From contig SHVZ01000004.1 of NCBI GenBank assembly GCA_009694025.1, forward strand, positions 12,025 to 76,024: DNA of 64,000 bases. Reading direction: 5' to 3'. Below are positions 47,868 through 57,274 of the stretch, one piece after another. Positions within the stretch are counted from its first letter, which is position 1; each line of letters opens with the position of its first letter. The notes beneath the pieces are model-generated. The model did no database searches, was not told the DNA's origin, and saw only the letters and a list, made by a program, of their open reading frames with translations. The position numbers and the translations under genes are program-made. Source of the stretch: Alphaproteobacteria bacterium. Its GTDB lineage: Bacteria; Pseudomonadota; Alphaproteobacteria; SHVZ01.

Positions 47868-48092
47868 TCAGGTGAACAGGATGAGGAAGGAGATCAGCAG
47901 CGCGAACAGCGCCACGGCTTCGGTCAGCGCAAAGCCCAACATGCCGAGGGGGAAGACTTCGCCGCGGGAAGCCGGGTTGCGGCTGATCGAGGCGACCAGC
48001 GAAGCGAAGATGTTGCCGATGCCGACGCCGACGCCGGCGAGCGCGATGACGGCCAGGCCGGCACCGATCATCTTGGCGGAAGCGAGATCCAT
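47868..48092 (-). CDS. atpE: F0F1 ATP synthase subunit c
   Basis: 74-aa hairpin with the RNP loop (SRNPASRG) and the carboxylate in ALTEAVALF. Confidence 0.95.
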   Translation of the reverse strand: MDLASAKMIGAGLAVIALAGVGVGIGNIFASLVASISRNPASRGEVFPLGMLGFALTEAVALFALLISFLILFT

Positions 48093-48119
48093 GGAGCTTA
48101 GCCCTTTCCAGTTGGGAGA

Positions 48120-48857
48120 TCAGTGAAGGTGGATCGCGTCGTTGAGGTAGATGCAGGTCAGCACGGTGAAGACGTAGGCCTGCAGGAACGCGACCAGGAA
48201 TTCGAAGCCGGTCAGCGCCACGTTGATGGCGAGCGGCGCCACGCCGAAGATTCCGAGCATGATGGTGAACGAGGCGAACACCTTAAACATGGTGTGGCCG
48301 GCCATCATGTTGGCGAAGAGCCGAATCGAAAGGCTGACCGGGCGGGTGAGATAGCTCAGCACCTCGATCGGCACCATCAGCAGCAGCATGATCTTCGGCA
48401 CGCCCTTCGGCACGAAGAACGACAGGAAATGCGCGCCGTGCATGACGAAGCCGACGACCGTCACGCCGATGAACACCACGAAGGCGATGGCGAAGGTGAC
48501 GATGATGTGGCTGGTGAAGGTGAAGCTGTAGGGGACCATCCCCATCATGTTGCCGAACAGGATGAACATGAAGAGGGTGAAGATGAAGGGGAAGAACGCG
48601 CGCCCCTTCGAGCCGACATTGTCCTGGATCATGCCGGCGATGAACTCGTAGGAAACCTCGGCCATCGACTGCCAGCGGCCGGGCACGAGGGACTGCCGGC
48701 GCATGCCGCCGACCAGGAACACGGTGGCCGCGGCGATCGCGATGACCATCCACAGGGACGCGTTGCTGAAAGAGACGTCAAGGCCACCGAGCTTCATCGG
48801 GATCAGCCTGACGATTTCGAACTGGTGGAGCGGGTCGATCGCCTTTTCGGCAGCCAC
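48120..48857 (-). CDS. atpB: F0F1 ATP synthase subunit a
   Basis: 245 aa, polytopic. LSIRLFANMMAGH contains the essential Arg motif. Confidence 0.95.
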   Translation of the reverse strand: MAAEKAIDPLHQFEIVRLIPMKLGGLDVSFSNASLWMVIAIAAATVFLVGGMRRQSLVPGRWQSMAEVSYEFIAGMIQDNVGSKGRAFFPFIFTLFMFILFGNMMGMVPYSFTFTSHIIVTFAIAFVVFIGVTVVGFVMHGAHFLSFFVPKGVPKIMLLLMVPIEVLSYLTRPVSLSIRLFANMMAGHTMFKVFASFTIMLGIFGVAPLAINVALTGFEFLVAFLQAYVFTVLTCIYLNDAIHLH

Positions 48858-48863
48858 GTGCGC

Positions 48864-49208
48864 TCAATCCTCTTTCTTCGTCCGGTTCCCGTCCGCCGGC
48901 CCCTTGGACCAGCGCCCGAGTCCCAATCCCTCTACGGCCCGGTACACATTCAACATTCCGGCGGCGGCGCCGACGAAGAACATGCCCACCATCGCCCAGG
49001 GGCCAGTGCCAAGCCAGCGATCAATGAGCCAGCCCAGACCGACGCTGACCGCGAGCGCCGAAACCAGCTCGACCGCGACGCGAAAGGCCAAGCCCATCGC
49101 CCGCGACCGATCAGTGGCGTCCGCCCCGGTCTCGGCCGGCTCCGGGCGTGCCTTCCTCAGGCGCTGCTCGAGGTCGTCGAGATTCGGAGGGGGCGGCTCA
49201 GTCGCCAT
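48864..49208 (-). CDS. atpI: ATP synthase protein I (AtpI/AtpZ-like)
   Basis: 114 aa with two TM helices, directly upstream of atpB. Confidence 0.7.
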   Translation of the reverse strand: MATEPPPPNLDDLEQRLRKARPEPAETGADATDRSRAMGLAFRVAVELVSALAVSVGLGWLIDRWLGTGPWAMVGMFFVGAAAGMLNVYRAVEGLGLGRWSKGPADGNRTKKED

Positions 49209-49264
49209 CGCCGATCACGGAATGCCCCGTTTGTTCCGGCGGAAACCCGCCGAAAACCGGCGCG

Positions 49265-49293
49265 ACCATATCGGCCGACCCCACCCCTGTCAA
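49265..49293 (-). promoter_or_regulatory. Sigma-70-like promoter candidate for the atp F0 operon
   Basis: Minus strand reads TTGACA (49293-49288), a 17-nt spacer, then TATGGT (49270-49265), 56 nt upstream of the atpI ATG. Confidence 0.4.
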
Positions 49294-49347
49294 GCCTCGC
49301 CGACCTCTACAAAGCGTAATATTTCCAAAGACTTCAGCCCGGTGCGC

Positions 49348-50859
49348 TCAGCGGCCGCGGCGCCGGATGGGACCGTCCTCGGTGAGGTGGATGGCGCTTA
49401 AAGTGCGCTCGGCATGGACGAGCCGATGGGAAAGCAGCGCTTGGGTGGCCGCCAGCATCTCCTCCCGGTACGCCGGGTCGCCGGCGAGGTTCCGGAGCTC
49501 ATGGGGATCGGCCGCGAGGTCGAAGAAGAGCGGCGAAAGGCCGGCGAAGTGGACGTATTTGAAGCGCTCGCCCCGCCAGACCGCGAGGCAGCACTCGTCG
49601 AGGCGAAGGCCGAGCGCCTTCTCCGGCGCCCCGTCGACCACATCGCGGAAGTCGAATTCGAAATGCGCCCCCCGTCGCCACGTCGCCGGCAGCTTGCCTT
49701 CGAGAAAGGACCGGAGCGATACGCCGTCGGCCTGGTCCGGAACCTCGAGGCCGGCGAGATCGCAGAGGGTCGGCATCACGTCGACGTGTTCGGTGAATTC
49801 GTCGACGACCGTCGCTTTCGCCCCTCCCTTCGGCGGCTTGACGATCATCGGCACCCGGAAGGCCAGGTCGAAGAACCCGTCCTTGCCGGTGAACCAGTGG
49901 TCGCCCAGCATCTCGCCATGATCGGCGGTGAAGAGGATCAGGGTGCGGTCGTACTGCCCGGTCCGCTTGAGATGGCCGATCAGCCGGCCGAGATGGTGGT
50001 CCATCTCGGCGATCAAACCGAAATAGGTGGCCTTCGCCTGACGCTGATGGTGTTCGGGCATCGCGCCAACGCCGAGCTTCGTCGGCAGGTGCCAGGCGAG
50101 CCAAGGATGGATCTTCGCTTCCTCCTCCACACTCGCCTGGCGATGCGATATCGGCATGCGCTCGGGCTTGTAGAGGTCGTGCCACGGGTCGGGCGCGACC
50201 AGCGGCGGATGCGGGCGGAGATGGGAGAGGTGCAGACACCAGGCGCGGTCGGACCGTTCGTCGATGTAGTCGAGCGCCGCGTCGGTGGCGAACGCGGTGT
50301 CGCTGTCCTCGGCCTTGAACGCGCCGGGGGGATAGGTCGGCCCGCGCTTCTCAGCCATCACCGGGTCGTGGGTCTGCGGGGTGTATAGCTCGCCTGCGAA
50401 GGCCGGCACGTCATAGCCCTGGCGGCGAAGGTAGGAGAGCCATGTCCGTCGGTCGCTGCCGAGCACCAGATGCGGCGCCAGGCCCGGAAGCACGCCCTCA
50501 TAGGTCCTGAGAGCGGGATCGCCGGGAACATATGCGCGTGGATCTGGCGAGATGTCCGTATAGCCGATGAGCCCTGGATCGTAGCCCGCGCGGCGGAGCT
50601 CCTTCGCCCAGTTGGTGAAGCGGGCGTCGAGCGGCGTTCCGTTCCGCCCGGAGCGGTGGGTCATCAGGTAGAGGCCGGTGTGCAGCGACGACCGGCTGGG
50701 ACCGCAGGGGCTGGCATTGGCGAAGTGCCGGCGGAAGAGCACGCCGTCTGCCGCCATCGCGTCCAGGTTCGGGGTCTCGACCACCGGATGGCCCAGCGCC
50801 GACAGCGCGTCGTGGCGCCATTGGTCGCCGGTGATGAAAAGGATGTTGAAGTCCGGCAT
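49348..50859 (-). CDS. Alkaline-phosphatase-superfamily sulfatase-like hydrolase, phosphonate-monoester-hydrolase (PMH)-like, no signal peptide
   Basis: 503 aa. C-x-P-x-R formylglycine motif in SPCGPSRSS. Segments HFEFDFRDV and FKYVHFAGLSPLFFDLAADPHELRNLAGDPAY strongly resemble my memory of rhizobial PMH. Confidence 0.75.
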   Translation of the reverse strand: MPDFNILFITGDQWRHDALSALGHPVVETPNLDAMAADGVLFRRHFANASPCGPSRSSLHTGLYLMTHRSGRNGTPLDARFTNWAKELRRAGYDPGLIGYTDISPDPRAYVPGDPALRTYEGVLPGLAPHLVLGSDRRTWLSYLRRQGYDVPAFAGELYTPQTHDPVMAEKRGPTYPPGAFKAEDSDTAFATDAALDYIDERSDRAWCLHLSHLRPHPPLVAPDPWHDLYKPERMPISHRQASVEEEAKIHPWLAWHLPTKLGVGAMPEHHQRQAKATYFGLIAEMDHHLGRLIGHLKRTGQYDRTLILFTADHGEMLGDHWFTGKDGFFDLAFRVPMIVKPPKGGAKATVVDEFTEHVDVMPTLCDLAGLEVPDQADGVSLRSFLEGKLPATWRRGAHFEFDFRDVVDGAPEKALGLRLDECCLAVWRGERFKYVHFAGLSPLFFDLAADPHELRNLAGDPAYREEMLAATQALLSHRLVHAERTLSAIHLTEDGPIRRRGR

Positions 50860-50869
50860 CGGCGCCGAG

Positions 50870-51304
50870 TCAGGGCGAAGGGGGGGTTGGCGGCTCCGGC
50901 GTCATGATGTTGAAGACAGCCTGGATCTTCTTCATCAGCTGGTCGGGCGAGAACGGCTTGACCACGTAGCCGTTGACGCCGTTCTCCTTCGCCGCCAGCA
51001 CGAAGTCCTCGCTCGCCCGTCCGGTCAGCATGATGAACGGCATGTTCTGCCACGTCTTGCGCACGTGGCGGAGCAGGTCGAGGCCGGTGACGTTCGGCAT
51101 GTTCCAGTCGGAGATGATGAGGTCGGCCTTGGTCGCCTTGCTGTCGAGGACCCTGATCGCCTCGGCGCCGTCGCGGGCGAGGACGACGTGGCCGACGCCG
51201 AGGTTCTTAAGCACGCTCTGGGCGAGCTTGAGCGCGAAGCCGTCATCCTCGACCAGGAGCACGGTGAGCTTGGCGAAGCGCGGATCGATCTTGGCTCCGA
51301 TCAT
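50870..51304 (-). CDS. Single-domain CheY-like response regulator
   Basis: 144 aa. LLVEDD, acceptor Asp in IISDWNMP, LTG and VVKPF. Confidence 0.85.
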   Translation of the reverse strand: MIGAKIDPRFAKLTVLLVEDDGFALKLAQSVLKNLGVGHVVLARDGAEAIRVLDSKATKADLIISDWNMPNVTGLDLLRHVRKTWQNMPFIMLTGRASEDFVLAAKENGVNGYVVKPFSPDQLMKKIQAVFNIMTPEPPTPPSP

Positions 51305-51316
51305 GGCTCCTCCTTA

Positions 51317-53662
51317 TCACGCGCCGGCGACTGCCGAATAGCGGGCATCCAGGCGGACGAGGCCGTCGGCGACCAGGCTTGCGATGCCGTCGGCCTCGTC
51401 CGCCGCCTCGGCGCGGCCGTGACGTGCCGATTCCTCGACAACGAATGCCTGGCGATAGAGGAGCTTGAGGCCGAGGCTGCCGGACGCGCTCTTCAGCGTA
51501 TGCGCGGCGTTGCCGAGCTCCTGCAGATCGCCACTTTCGCGAGCCGCCTCGATGCGCCGGGCAAGATCGGCCGCGCCCGAGCGGTATTCCTCGACCAGCT
51601 CCTGCACCATCTCGCGGCCGAGCTGCTCCTCGAGCGTCGAGAGCACGCCTTCGTCGAGCGCCTCGTCGCCCTCGGCAAGCCGGGCGCCGACGTCGTCGGC
51701 CGGACGTTCCGCGATCGGCGGCTCCGCGTCGCCCGCTGCGGCGTCGCGGCCGAGGGTGCGGAGAATCGCCTGGATCAACAGCTCGGGATTGATCGGCTTG
51801 CCGACGTAGTCGTTCATGCCGGCATCGAGGCAACGCTGAACCTCCTCGGTCATAGCACCTGCGGTGGCGGCGATGATCGGCACGGTCCCTGCCGGTGTCG
51901 GGAGCGTGCGGATGCGGAGCGTCGCCTCGACGCCGTCCATGACCGGCATGTGCATGTCCATCAGCACGAGGTCGTAGGCCTTGCCGGAGGCGACGGCGGC
52001 AACCGCCTGTTCGCCGTTCTCGACCACGTCGATCTGATGGCCGCCCGGCTTCAGGAGCCCGATCGCCACCTTTTGGTTCACCTTGTTGTCCTCGGCGAGC
52101 AGGATCGAGAGCGGCCGAAGCCGTCCCGCCGCCACCGTCGCCGACGCCTCCTCCTTCGGCTTCTCGCCCGGCGCGAGAGCGATCTCGATCCAGAAGGTCG
52201 AGCCCCTGCCGACCTCGCTGTCGACACCGATCTCGCCGCCCATCAGCGCCACGAGACGCTTGGAGATGGCGAGTCCGAGGCCGGTGCCGCCGAAGCGCCG
52301 GCTGATCGAGGAGTCGGCCTGGGTGAAGCTGCCGAACAGCTTGGCCTTGGCGTCCCCGGTCAGGCCGATGCCGGTGTCGACCACCTCGAAGCGGAGCCCG
52401 ACCTTGCCCGGCGGCGCGTCGATCCGGCGGACGCGGAGCGCCACCAACCCCTTCTCGGTGAACTTGATGGCGTTCCCCATCAGGTTCAACAGCACCTGGC
52501 GGAGCCGCCCGGGATCGCCCTGGAAATAGGGCGGCAGCGACGGATCGACCGACGTCTCGAACCCGATCCCCTTCTCGGTCGCGCGCGACTCCAGGAGCGC
52601 CGTCACCCCGTCGGCGACGCGCTTCAGGTCGAAATCGACGGACTCGACGTCGAGCTTTCCGGCCTCGAGCTTCGAGTAGTCGAGGATGTCGTTGAGGATG
52701 GTGAGCAGCGCCTGACCGGAATCGAGCACGATCTGGGCTTGCCCGCGTTGGTCGCGGTCGAGCACCGAGGCGAGCAGCAGCCGCGTCATGCCGAGGATGC
52801 CGTTCATCGGCGTCCGGATCTCGTGGCTCATCATCGCCAGGAACTCGGACTTGGCGCGGGTCGCCGCCTCGGCGCGGTCCTTGGCGTCGCTGACCTCGAG
52901 CATGGCGCCTTTGAAGACCTCGAGCGCCGAGGCCATGCCGCCGATCTCGTCCCGCCGGCCAAGATGGGGCACCGGTTCCTCGCGGTTGCCGAAGGCCAGC
53001 CGGACCATCGCGCCGGCCATGTCGTCGACCGGGCCGACGATGTTGCGGGCGAGCAGGAGTGCGACCGCGACGCTGAGCACCACCGCGATGGCGATGACGA
53101 TCAAGGTCTGGCGTTTTGCCTGCGCGATCAGCTCGACCGCCTCTTCGCGGAACTGGTAGCCGTCGTCAGCGGCAAGCTGGGTCAGGGTCTCCAGCTTCCT
53201 GCGGATCTCGAGGGCGAGCGCGTCGCGGGCGGCCCCCGACGGCTGGATCAGGCCGCCTATGGTCACGGCGGCCTGACCGGCGCTGGCCACCCGGGCGTCG
53301 ATCGCCGCCCGCCGCCAGATCTGGATCAGCTCCATGGTTTCAGCCACCAGGGGCCGGATCGCCTCGGAGATGCCGCGCTCATCGACCACCCTGAGATCGT
53401 CGTCGAGATCCTTGATCCGCGCCAGCAGACCGGTCGTCTCGGCTTCGGTGATTTCGTCGCCGGCGTCGCGGTCGGAGAGCTCGAGCAGCGCGAAGGTGGT
53501 CTGCGCGGAGCGGGCGTAGTTGATCGCCTGGAGCGGGCGGTCGTAGAGCGTGACCGCGAGGTCGCCCATCGACGAGGTGGTGAGCAGCGCCGAGAAGCCG
53601 ACCAGCGCGGCGGCGAACGCGGCGAGGAGAAGGGCGCCGACGAGCTTGAGCTTGATCGACAC
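51317..53662 (-). CDS. Hybrid sensor histidine kinase (periplasmic helical sensor, HAMP, HisKA, HATPase_c, REC, Hpt)
   Basis: 781 aa with two TM helices. H-box [12 protein letters not shown]-box [12 protein letters not shown]-boxes VVDTGIGL and [29 protein letters not shown], Hpt [16 protein letters not shown] start. Confidence 0.9.
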   Translation of the reverse strand: MSIKLKLVGALLLAAFAAALVGFSALLTTSSMGDLAVTLYDRPLQAINYARSAQTTFALLELSDRDAGDEITEAETTGLLARIKDLDDDLRVVDERGISEAIRPLVAETMELIQIWRRAAIDARVASAGQAAVTIGGLIQPSGAARDALALEIRRKLETLTQLAADDGYQFREEAVELIAQAKRQTLIVIAIAVVLSVAVALLLARNIVGPVDDMAGAMVRLAFGNREEPVPHLGRRDEIGGMASALEVFKGAMLEVSDAKDRAEAATRAKSEFLAMMSHEIRTPMNGILGMTRLLLASVLDRDQRGQAQIVLDSGQALLTILNDILDYSKLEAGKLDVESVDFDLKRVADGVTALLESRATEKGIGFETSVDPSLPPYFQGDPGRLRQVLLNLMGNAIKFTEKGLVALRVRRIDAPPGKVGLRFEVVDTGIGLTGDAKAKLFGSFTQADSSISRRFGGTGLGLAISKRLVALMGGEIGVDSEVGRGSTFWIEIALAPGEKPKEEASATVAAGRLRPLSILLAEDNKVNQKVAIGLLKPGGHQIDVVENGEQAVAAVASGKAYDLVLMDMHMPVMDGVEATLRIRTLPTPAGTVPIIAATAGAMTEEVQRCLDAGMNDYVGKPINPELLIQAILRTLGRDAAAGDAEPPIAERPADDVGARLAEGDEALDEGVLSTLEEQLGREMVQELVEEYRSGAADLARRIEAARESGDLQELGNAAHTLKSASGSLGLKLLYRQAFVVEESARHGRAEAADEADGIASLVADGLVRLDARYSAVAGA

Positions 53663-53680
53663 CGGGCGCCCGTCCGTCGC

Positions 53681-54008
53681 CTACCTGACGACGACCGAGA
53701 GTCGCATCTTCGGATGGATGCGGCAGAACACCTCGAAAGTGCCGGCGCGGCGGTAGACATAGGGCACGCGCGTCCCCGGCGCCTGACGGCCGAGGTCGAA
53801 CGCGGCGCCGGGCGACGCCGAGTGCATGTTGTGGCCGAAGTTGTCCTCGTTGGTGAAGATGAGGCTGTCGCCGACTTGGATCTCAACCCTCTCCGGGCGG
53901 AAGCCCAAGTCCTTCTGCTCGACGACGATCTCGTTGGCCGCGAACGCGCTGGCTGCGGCGAGAGCCCCCCCACGCCACGCTCGTCAGCCACAATCCAGGC
54001 TTGACCAT
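53681..54008 (-). pseudogene. Amicyanin-like type-1 copper cupredoxin, with the signal-peptide exon out of frame because of a 7-nt homopolymer (genuine frameshift or assembly error)
   Basis: ATG at 54008 encodes MVKPGLWLTSVAWGG, then nonsense. From the G7 run the +1 frame reads GALAAASAFAANEIVVEQKD...GHNMHS...FCRIHPKMRLSVVVR (His, Cys-x2-His-x2-Met ligands). Deleting one G restores a 108-aa precursor. Confidence 0.6.
53965..53971. repeat. C7 (G7 on the coding strand) homopolymer at the frameshift point of the cupredoxin gene
   Basis: Read directly: agagCCCCCCCacgcc. Confidence 0.9.
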
Positions 54009-54087
54009 CCGCCTCTCCCTACCTGCCGATCGGCGCATCTTGGAGTCAGTCTAACGCAACGCCGGGGTGAATCATCCGCCGGGCACC

Positions 54088-54282
54088 TCAAAAATCCGTG
54101 CAGCGCCCGCCCCGCTCCCAATCGCCGTAGCGGGTCGGCTCGAGCCCGGTCGGGCCACCGATCTCGTCGGGCTGCGCCGGTTTAGCCGCCTCCAGCGGCG
54201 ACGGGGCTGTCTCTTGTCGACGCGGCCGGAGCGGTGTCGCAGTCGGACGCAACTCCCGGAAGGTCTTGGTCGGGTTGGCCAT
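54088..54282 (-). CDS. DUF1674 (SDHAF4-like) small protein
   Basis: ATG at 54282. 64 aa ending EIGGPTGLEPTRYGDWERGGRCTDF, the conserved DUF1674 C-terminal signature. The upstream part of the track ORF overlaps the htpX start region. Confidence 0.7.
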   Translation of the reverse strand: MANPTKTFRELRPTATPLRPRRQETAPSPLEAAKPAQPDEIGGPTGLEPTRYGDWERGGRCTDF

Positions 54283-54385
54283 CCTGATGGTTATATGGCC
54301 GGGCGGCGCGGCCGCCAAGCCTTGAACGCGGGGCAGCGGAGGGCCATTTTCCTGCTGCGTCCCTTTGGACGGAGCCTTGGGTGAG

Positions 54386-55279
54386 ATGAACGCACGCACC
54401 TTCCTTCTCCTGGCGGCCATGACCGCCTTCTTTCTGGCCATCGGCTACGCCATCGGCGGCGAGGGCGGCATGGTGATCGCGCTCGGCATCGCCGCGGCGA
54501 CCAACCTCTTCGCCTACTGGAACGCCGACAGGCTCGTGCTTTCCATGCACGGTGCGCAGGAGATCGACCGCGCCACTCTGCCCTGGTTCTTCGACCTGGT
54601 CGGGCGGCTGGCGCAGCGCGCCGATCTGCCGATGCCGAAGGTCTACATCATCGATTCCGAGCAGCCGAACGCCTTCGCGACCGGCCGCAACCCGGAGAAC
54701 GCAGCCGTCGCCGCCTCGACCGGCCTCTTGCGCACGCTCTCGACCGAGGAGGTCGCGGGCGTCATGGCGCATGAGCTCGCGCATGTGAAGAACCGCGACA
54801 CGCTGACCATGACCATCACCGCGACGATCGCCGGCGCCATCGGCATGCTCGCCAACATGGCCTTTTTCTTCGGCGGCTCGAACTCGGGCAATCGCTCGAA
54901 CCCGCTTGGGCCGGTTGGCGCCATTGTCCTCATGATCCTGGCACCGATCGCGGCCATGCTCGTGCAGATGGCGATCAGCCGGACGCGCGAGTACGCGGCC
55001 GACCGCCTGGGCGCCGAGATCTCCGGCCAACCGCTGTGGCTCGCCTCCGCGCTCGCCAAGATCGATCAGGCGGCGCATGCGATCCCCAACGAGGCGGCCG
55101 AGCGCAATCCGGCAACCGCCCATCTCTTCATCATCAATCCGCTACACGGCGGCGCCGTGGACAACCTGTTCTCGACCCACCCGTCGACCGAGAACCGCAT
55201 CGCCGCGCTGCGCGAGATGGCCACCGGCGGCGCCGGCCAGCCGACCTATGTCGCCTCCCGCCGGGGACCATGGGGCTGA
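54386..55279 (+). CDS. htpX: Zinc metalloprotease HtpX
   Basis: ATG at 54386. TM helices, [10 protein letters not shown] zinc motif and a distal EYAADR. Confidence 0.9.
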   Translation: MNARTFLLLAAMTAFFLAIGYAIGGEGGMVIALGIAAATNLFAYWNADRLVLSMHGAQEIDRATLPWFFDLVGRLAQRADLPMPKVYIIDSEQPNAFATGRNPENAAVAASTGLLRTLSTEEVAGVMAHELAHVKNRDTLTMTITATIAGAIGMLANMAFFFGGSNSGNRSNPLGPVGAIVLMILAPIAAMLVQMAISRTREYAADRLGAEISGQPLWLASALAKIDQAAHAIPNEAAERNPATAHLFIINPLHGGAVDNLFSTHPSTENRIAALREMATGGAGQPTYVASRRGPWG

Positions 55280-55330
55280 TTGCTTGCTGGTTGACGTCCC
55301 GAGGATCGGCCGAACCCGTCTGAGGGCGAG

Positions 55331-56593
55331 GTGAGCGGCGCCCGCGCCGTCGCCCACGCGCTCCTCGGCGAGGTCTTGAGACGGCGTCGGCCGCTCGACG
55401 AGGCTTTGGCCGAGGGCGGCCTCGATGGCCTCGACGCCCGCGACCGCGCCTTCGCCCGCCTGCTGGTGGCGACGGCGCTCCGCCGCCTCGGCCAGCTCGA
55501 CGAACTCATCGCCCAATTCGTCGAGAAGCCGCTGCCGGAGAAATCGGCCCCGGTCACTGATGCCCTCCGGCTCGGGCTCGCCCAGCTCTTCATCCTCGGA
55601 ACCGCCGACCATGCTGCGGTCGATTCGAGCGTCCGCCTGCTGGACGGCCGATTCGACGGGCTCAAGGGGCTGGTCAACGCCGTGCTGCGCCGGGCGATCC
55701 GCGAGGGCGCCACACGCGTGAAGGCCCAGGACGCCGCACGCCTCTCGACGCCCGATTGGCTCTGGGAGTCGTGGAGCCGGGCCTACGGGCCGGAGGCGAC
55801 CCGCGCCATCGCCGAGATGCATCTGGCCGAGCCGCCGCTCGATCTCTCGATCCGCGCCGACGCCAAGCTCTGGGCGCCCCGCCTCGAGGCCGAGATCCTG
55901 CCGACCGGCACCCTCCGGCGCGCCAGCGCGATCGTCGGCGAGATCCCCGGCTACGCCGACGGCGCCTGGTGGGTCCAGGACGCCGCCGCCGCGCTGCCGG
56001 TGCGTCTCCTCGGCGACGTCGCCGGCTGTCGCGTCGCCGATCTCTGCGCCGCCCCCGGCGGCAAGACGCTGCAGCTGGCCGTCGCCGGTGCCCGGGTGGT
56101 CGCCGTCGACCGTTCCGCCCGGCGGCTCGAGCGGGTCCGCGAGAATCTGCAGCGAGTGAGATGCGAGGCAGAGCTGGTGGTTGCCGATGCAGCCGTCTGG
56201 CAGCCGACGCAGCCCCCGGAAGCGATTCTGCTGGACGCGCCCTGCTCGGCGACCGGGACGCTCCGCCGCCACCCGGACGTGGCCCACCTGAAATCTCCAG
56301 CCGACGTCCAGCGCCTCAGCGCTCTTCAGGACCGCCTTCTCGATCACACCGTCGGGCTGCTGCCGCCGGGCGGGCTGCTCGTCTACTGCGTCTGCTCGCT
56401 CGAGCCGGAAGAGGGGCCGGAGCGAATCGCCCGGCTCCTCGGCACCGGTGCCCCGGTCGAGCCGGTCCCCGTGACCTCAGCCGAGGTTCCGGCAGAGATG
56501 GTACGGGACGGATTTCTCCGGACACTTCCCTGCCACTGGAAGGATCGGGGCGGCATGGATGGATTCTTCGCAGCGCGCTTGCGGAGACTTTGA
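55331..56593 (+). CDS. rsmB: 16S rRNA (cytosine-C5)-methyltransferase RsmB/Sun family
   Basis: 420 aa. NusB-like N-terminal domain, DLCAAPGGKT SAM motif, and DAPCSATGT and YCVCSL catalytic Cys motifs. Confidence 0.85.
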   Translation: MSGARAVAHALLGEVLRRRRPLDEALAEGGLDGLDARDRAFARLLVATALRRLGQLDELIAQFVEKPLPEKSAPVTDALRLGLAQLFILGTADHAAVDSSVRLLDGRFDGLKGLVNAVLRRAIREGATRVKAQDAARLSTPDWLWESWSRAYGPEATRAIAEMHLAEPPLDLSIRADAKLWAPRLEAEILPTGTLRRASAIVGEIPGYADGAWWVQDAAAALPVRLLGDVAGCRVADLCAAPGGKTLQLAVAGARVVAVDRSARRLERVRENLQRVRCEAELVVADAAVWQPTQPPEAILLDAPCSATGTLRRHPDVAHLKSPADVQRLSALQDRLLDHTVGLLPPGGLLVYCVCSLEPEEGPERIARLLGTGAPVEPVPVTSAEVPAEMVRDGFLRTLPCHWKDRGGMDGFFAARLRRL

Positions 56594-56614
56594 CGGCGCT
56601 GATAAACAGCCGTC

Positions 56615-57271
56615 ATGGCTGGTCTCCGCCTCGCCCCCTCGATCCTGTCGGCCGACTTCTCCCGCCTTGGCGAGGAAGTGCGCGCCATCGACGCGGCCGG
56701 CGCCGACTACATCCACATCGACGTCATGGACGGCCACTTCGTCCCCAACCTCACCATCGGCCCCTCGGTGGTCAAGGCCCTGCGGTCGCATTCGAAGAAG
56801 ACCTTCGACGTGCATCTGATGGTGACGCCGGTCGATCCCTATCTGCAGGCCTTTGCCGACGCCGGCGCCGACATCCTGACCGTGCATCCGGAATCCGGCC
56901 CGCATCTGCACCGGACGCTCCAGGCGATCCGGGCGCTGGGCAAGAAGGCCGGCGTCGCGCTCAATCCCGGAACGCCGCCGGAGACGATCGACTACGTCCT
57001 CGGCGACATCGACCTGGTGCTGGTGATGACCGTCAATCCGGGCTTCGGCGGCCAGAGCTTCATCACGAGCCAGCTCGACAAGATCCGCGCCGTCCGTGCC
57101 CGCATCGACCGCAGCGGCCGCCCGATCGATCTCGAGGTCGACGGCGGCGTCAACGCCGAGACCGCCCGCGCGGCGGTCGCCGCCGGCGCCGACGTGCTGG
57201 TGGCGGGCACCGCGGCCTTCACCGGCGGCCCCGCCCGCTATTCCGAGAATCTAGCGAAGCTGCGCGGCTAA
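56615..57271 (+). CDS. rpe: Ribulose-phosphate 3-epimerase
   Basis: 218 aa. [32 protein letters not shown] and EVDGG. Confidence 0.95.
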   Translation: MAGLRLAPSILSADFSRLGEEVRAIDAAGADYIHIDVMDGHFVPNLTIGPSVVKALRSHSKKTFDVHLMVTPVDPYLQAFADAGADILTVHPESGPHLHRTLQAIRALGKKAGVALNPGTPPETIDYVLGDIDLVLVMTVNPGFGGQSFITSQLDKIRAVRARIDRSGRPIDLEVDGGVNAETARAAVAAGADVLVAGTAAFTGGPARYSENLAKLRG

Positions 57272-57274
57272 GCG

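Noticed and set aside
53326-53991. 221-aa minus-strand ORF (MADERGVGG...) overlapping the kinase start and the cupredoxin gene.
   Set aside because: This is a third frame across the cupredoxin/kinase junction. It is Arg/Ser/Pro-rich nonsense and conflicts with both supported genes.
50678-54004. 1108-aa plus-strand ORF, the longest in the track.
   Set aside because: It is exactly antisense to the CheY, hybrid kinase and cupredoxin genes. Its translation is dominated by R/D/G/A/H/L runs with no recognisable motif, whereas the minus strand carries complete H, N, G1, G2, REC and Hpt signatures. This is a typical high-GC shadow ORF.
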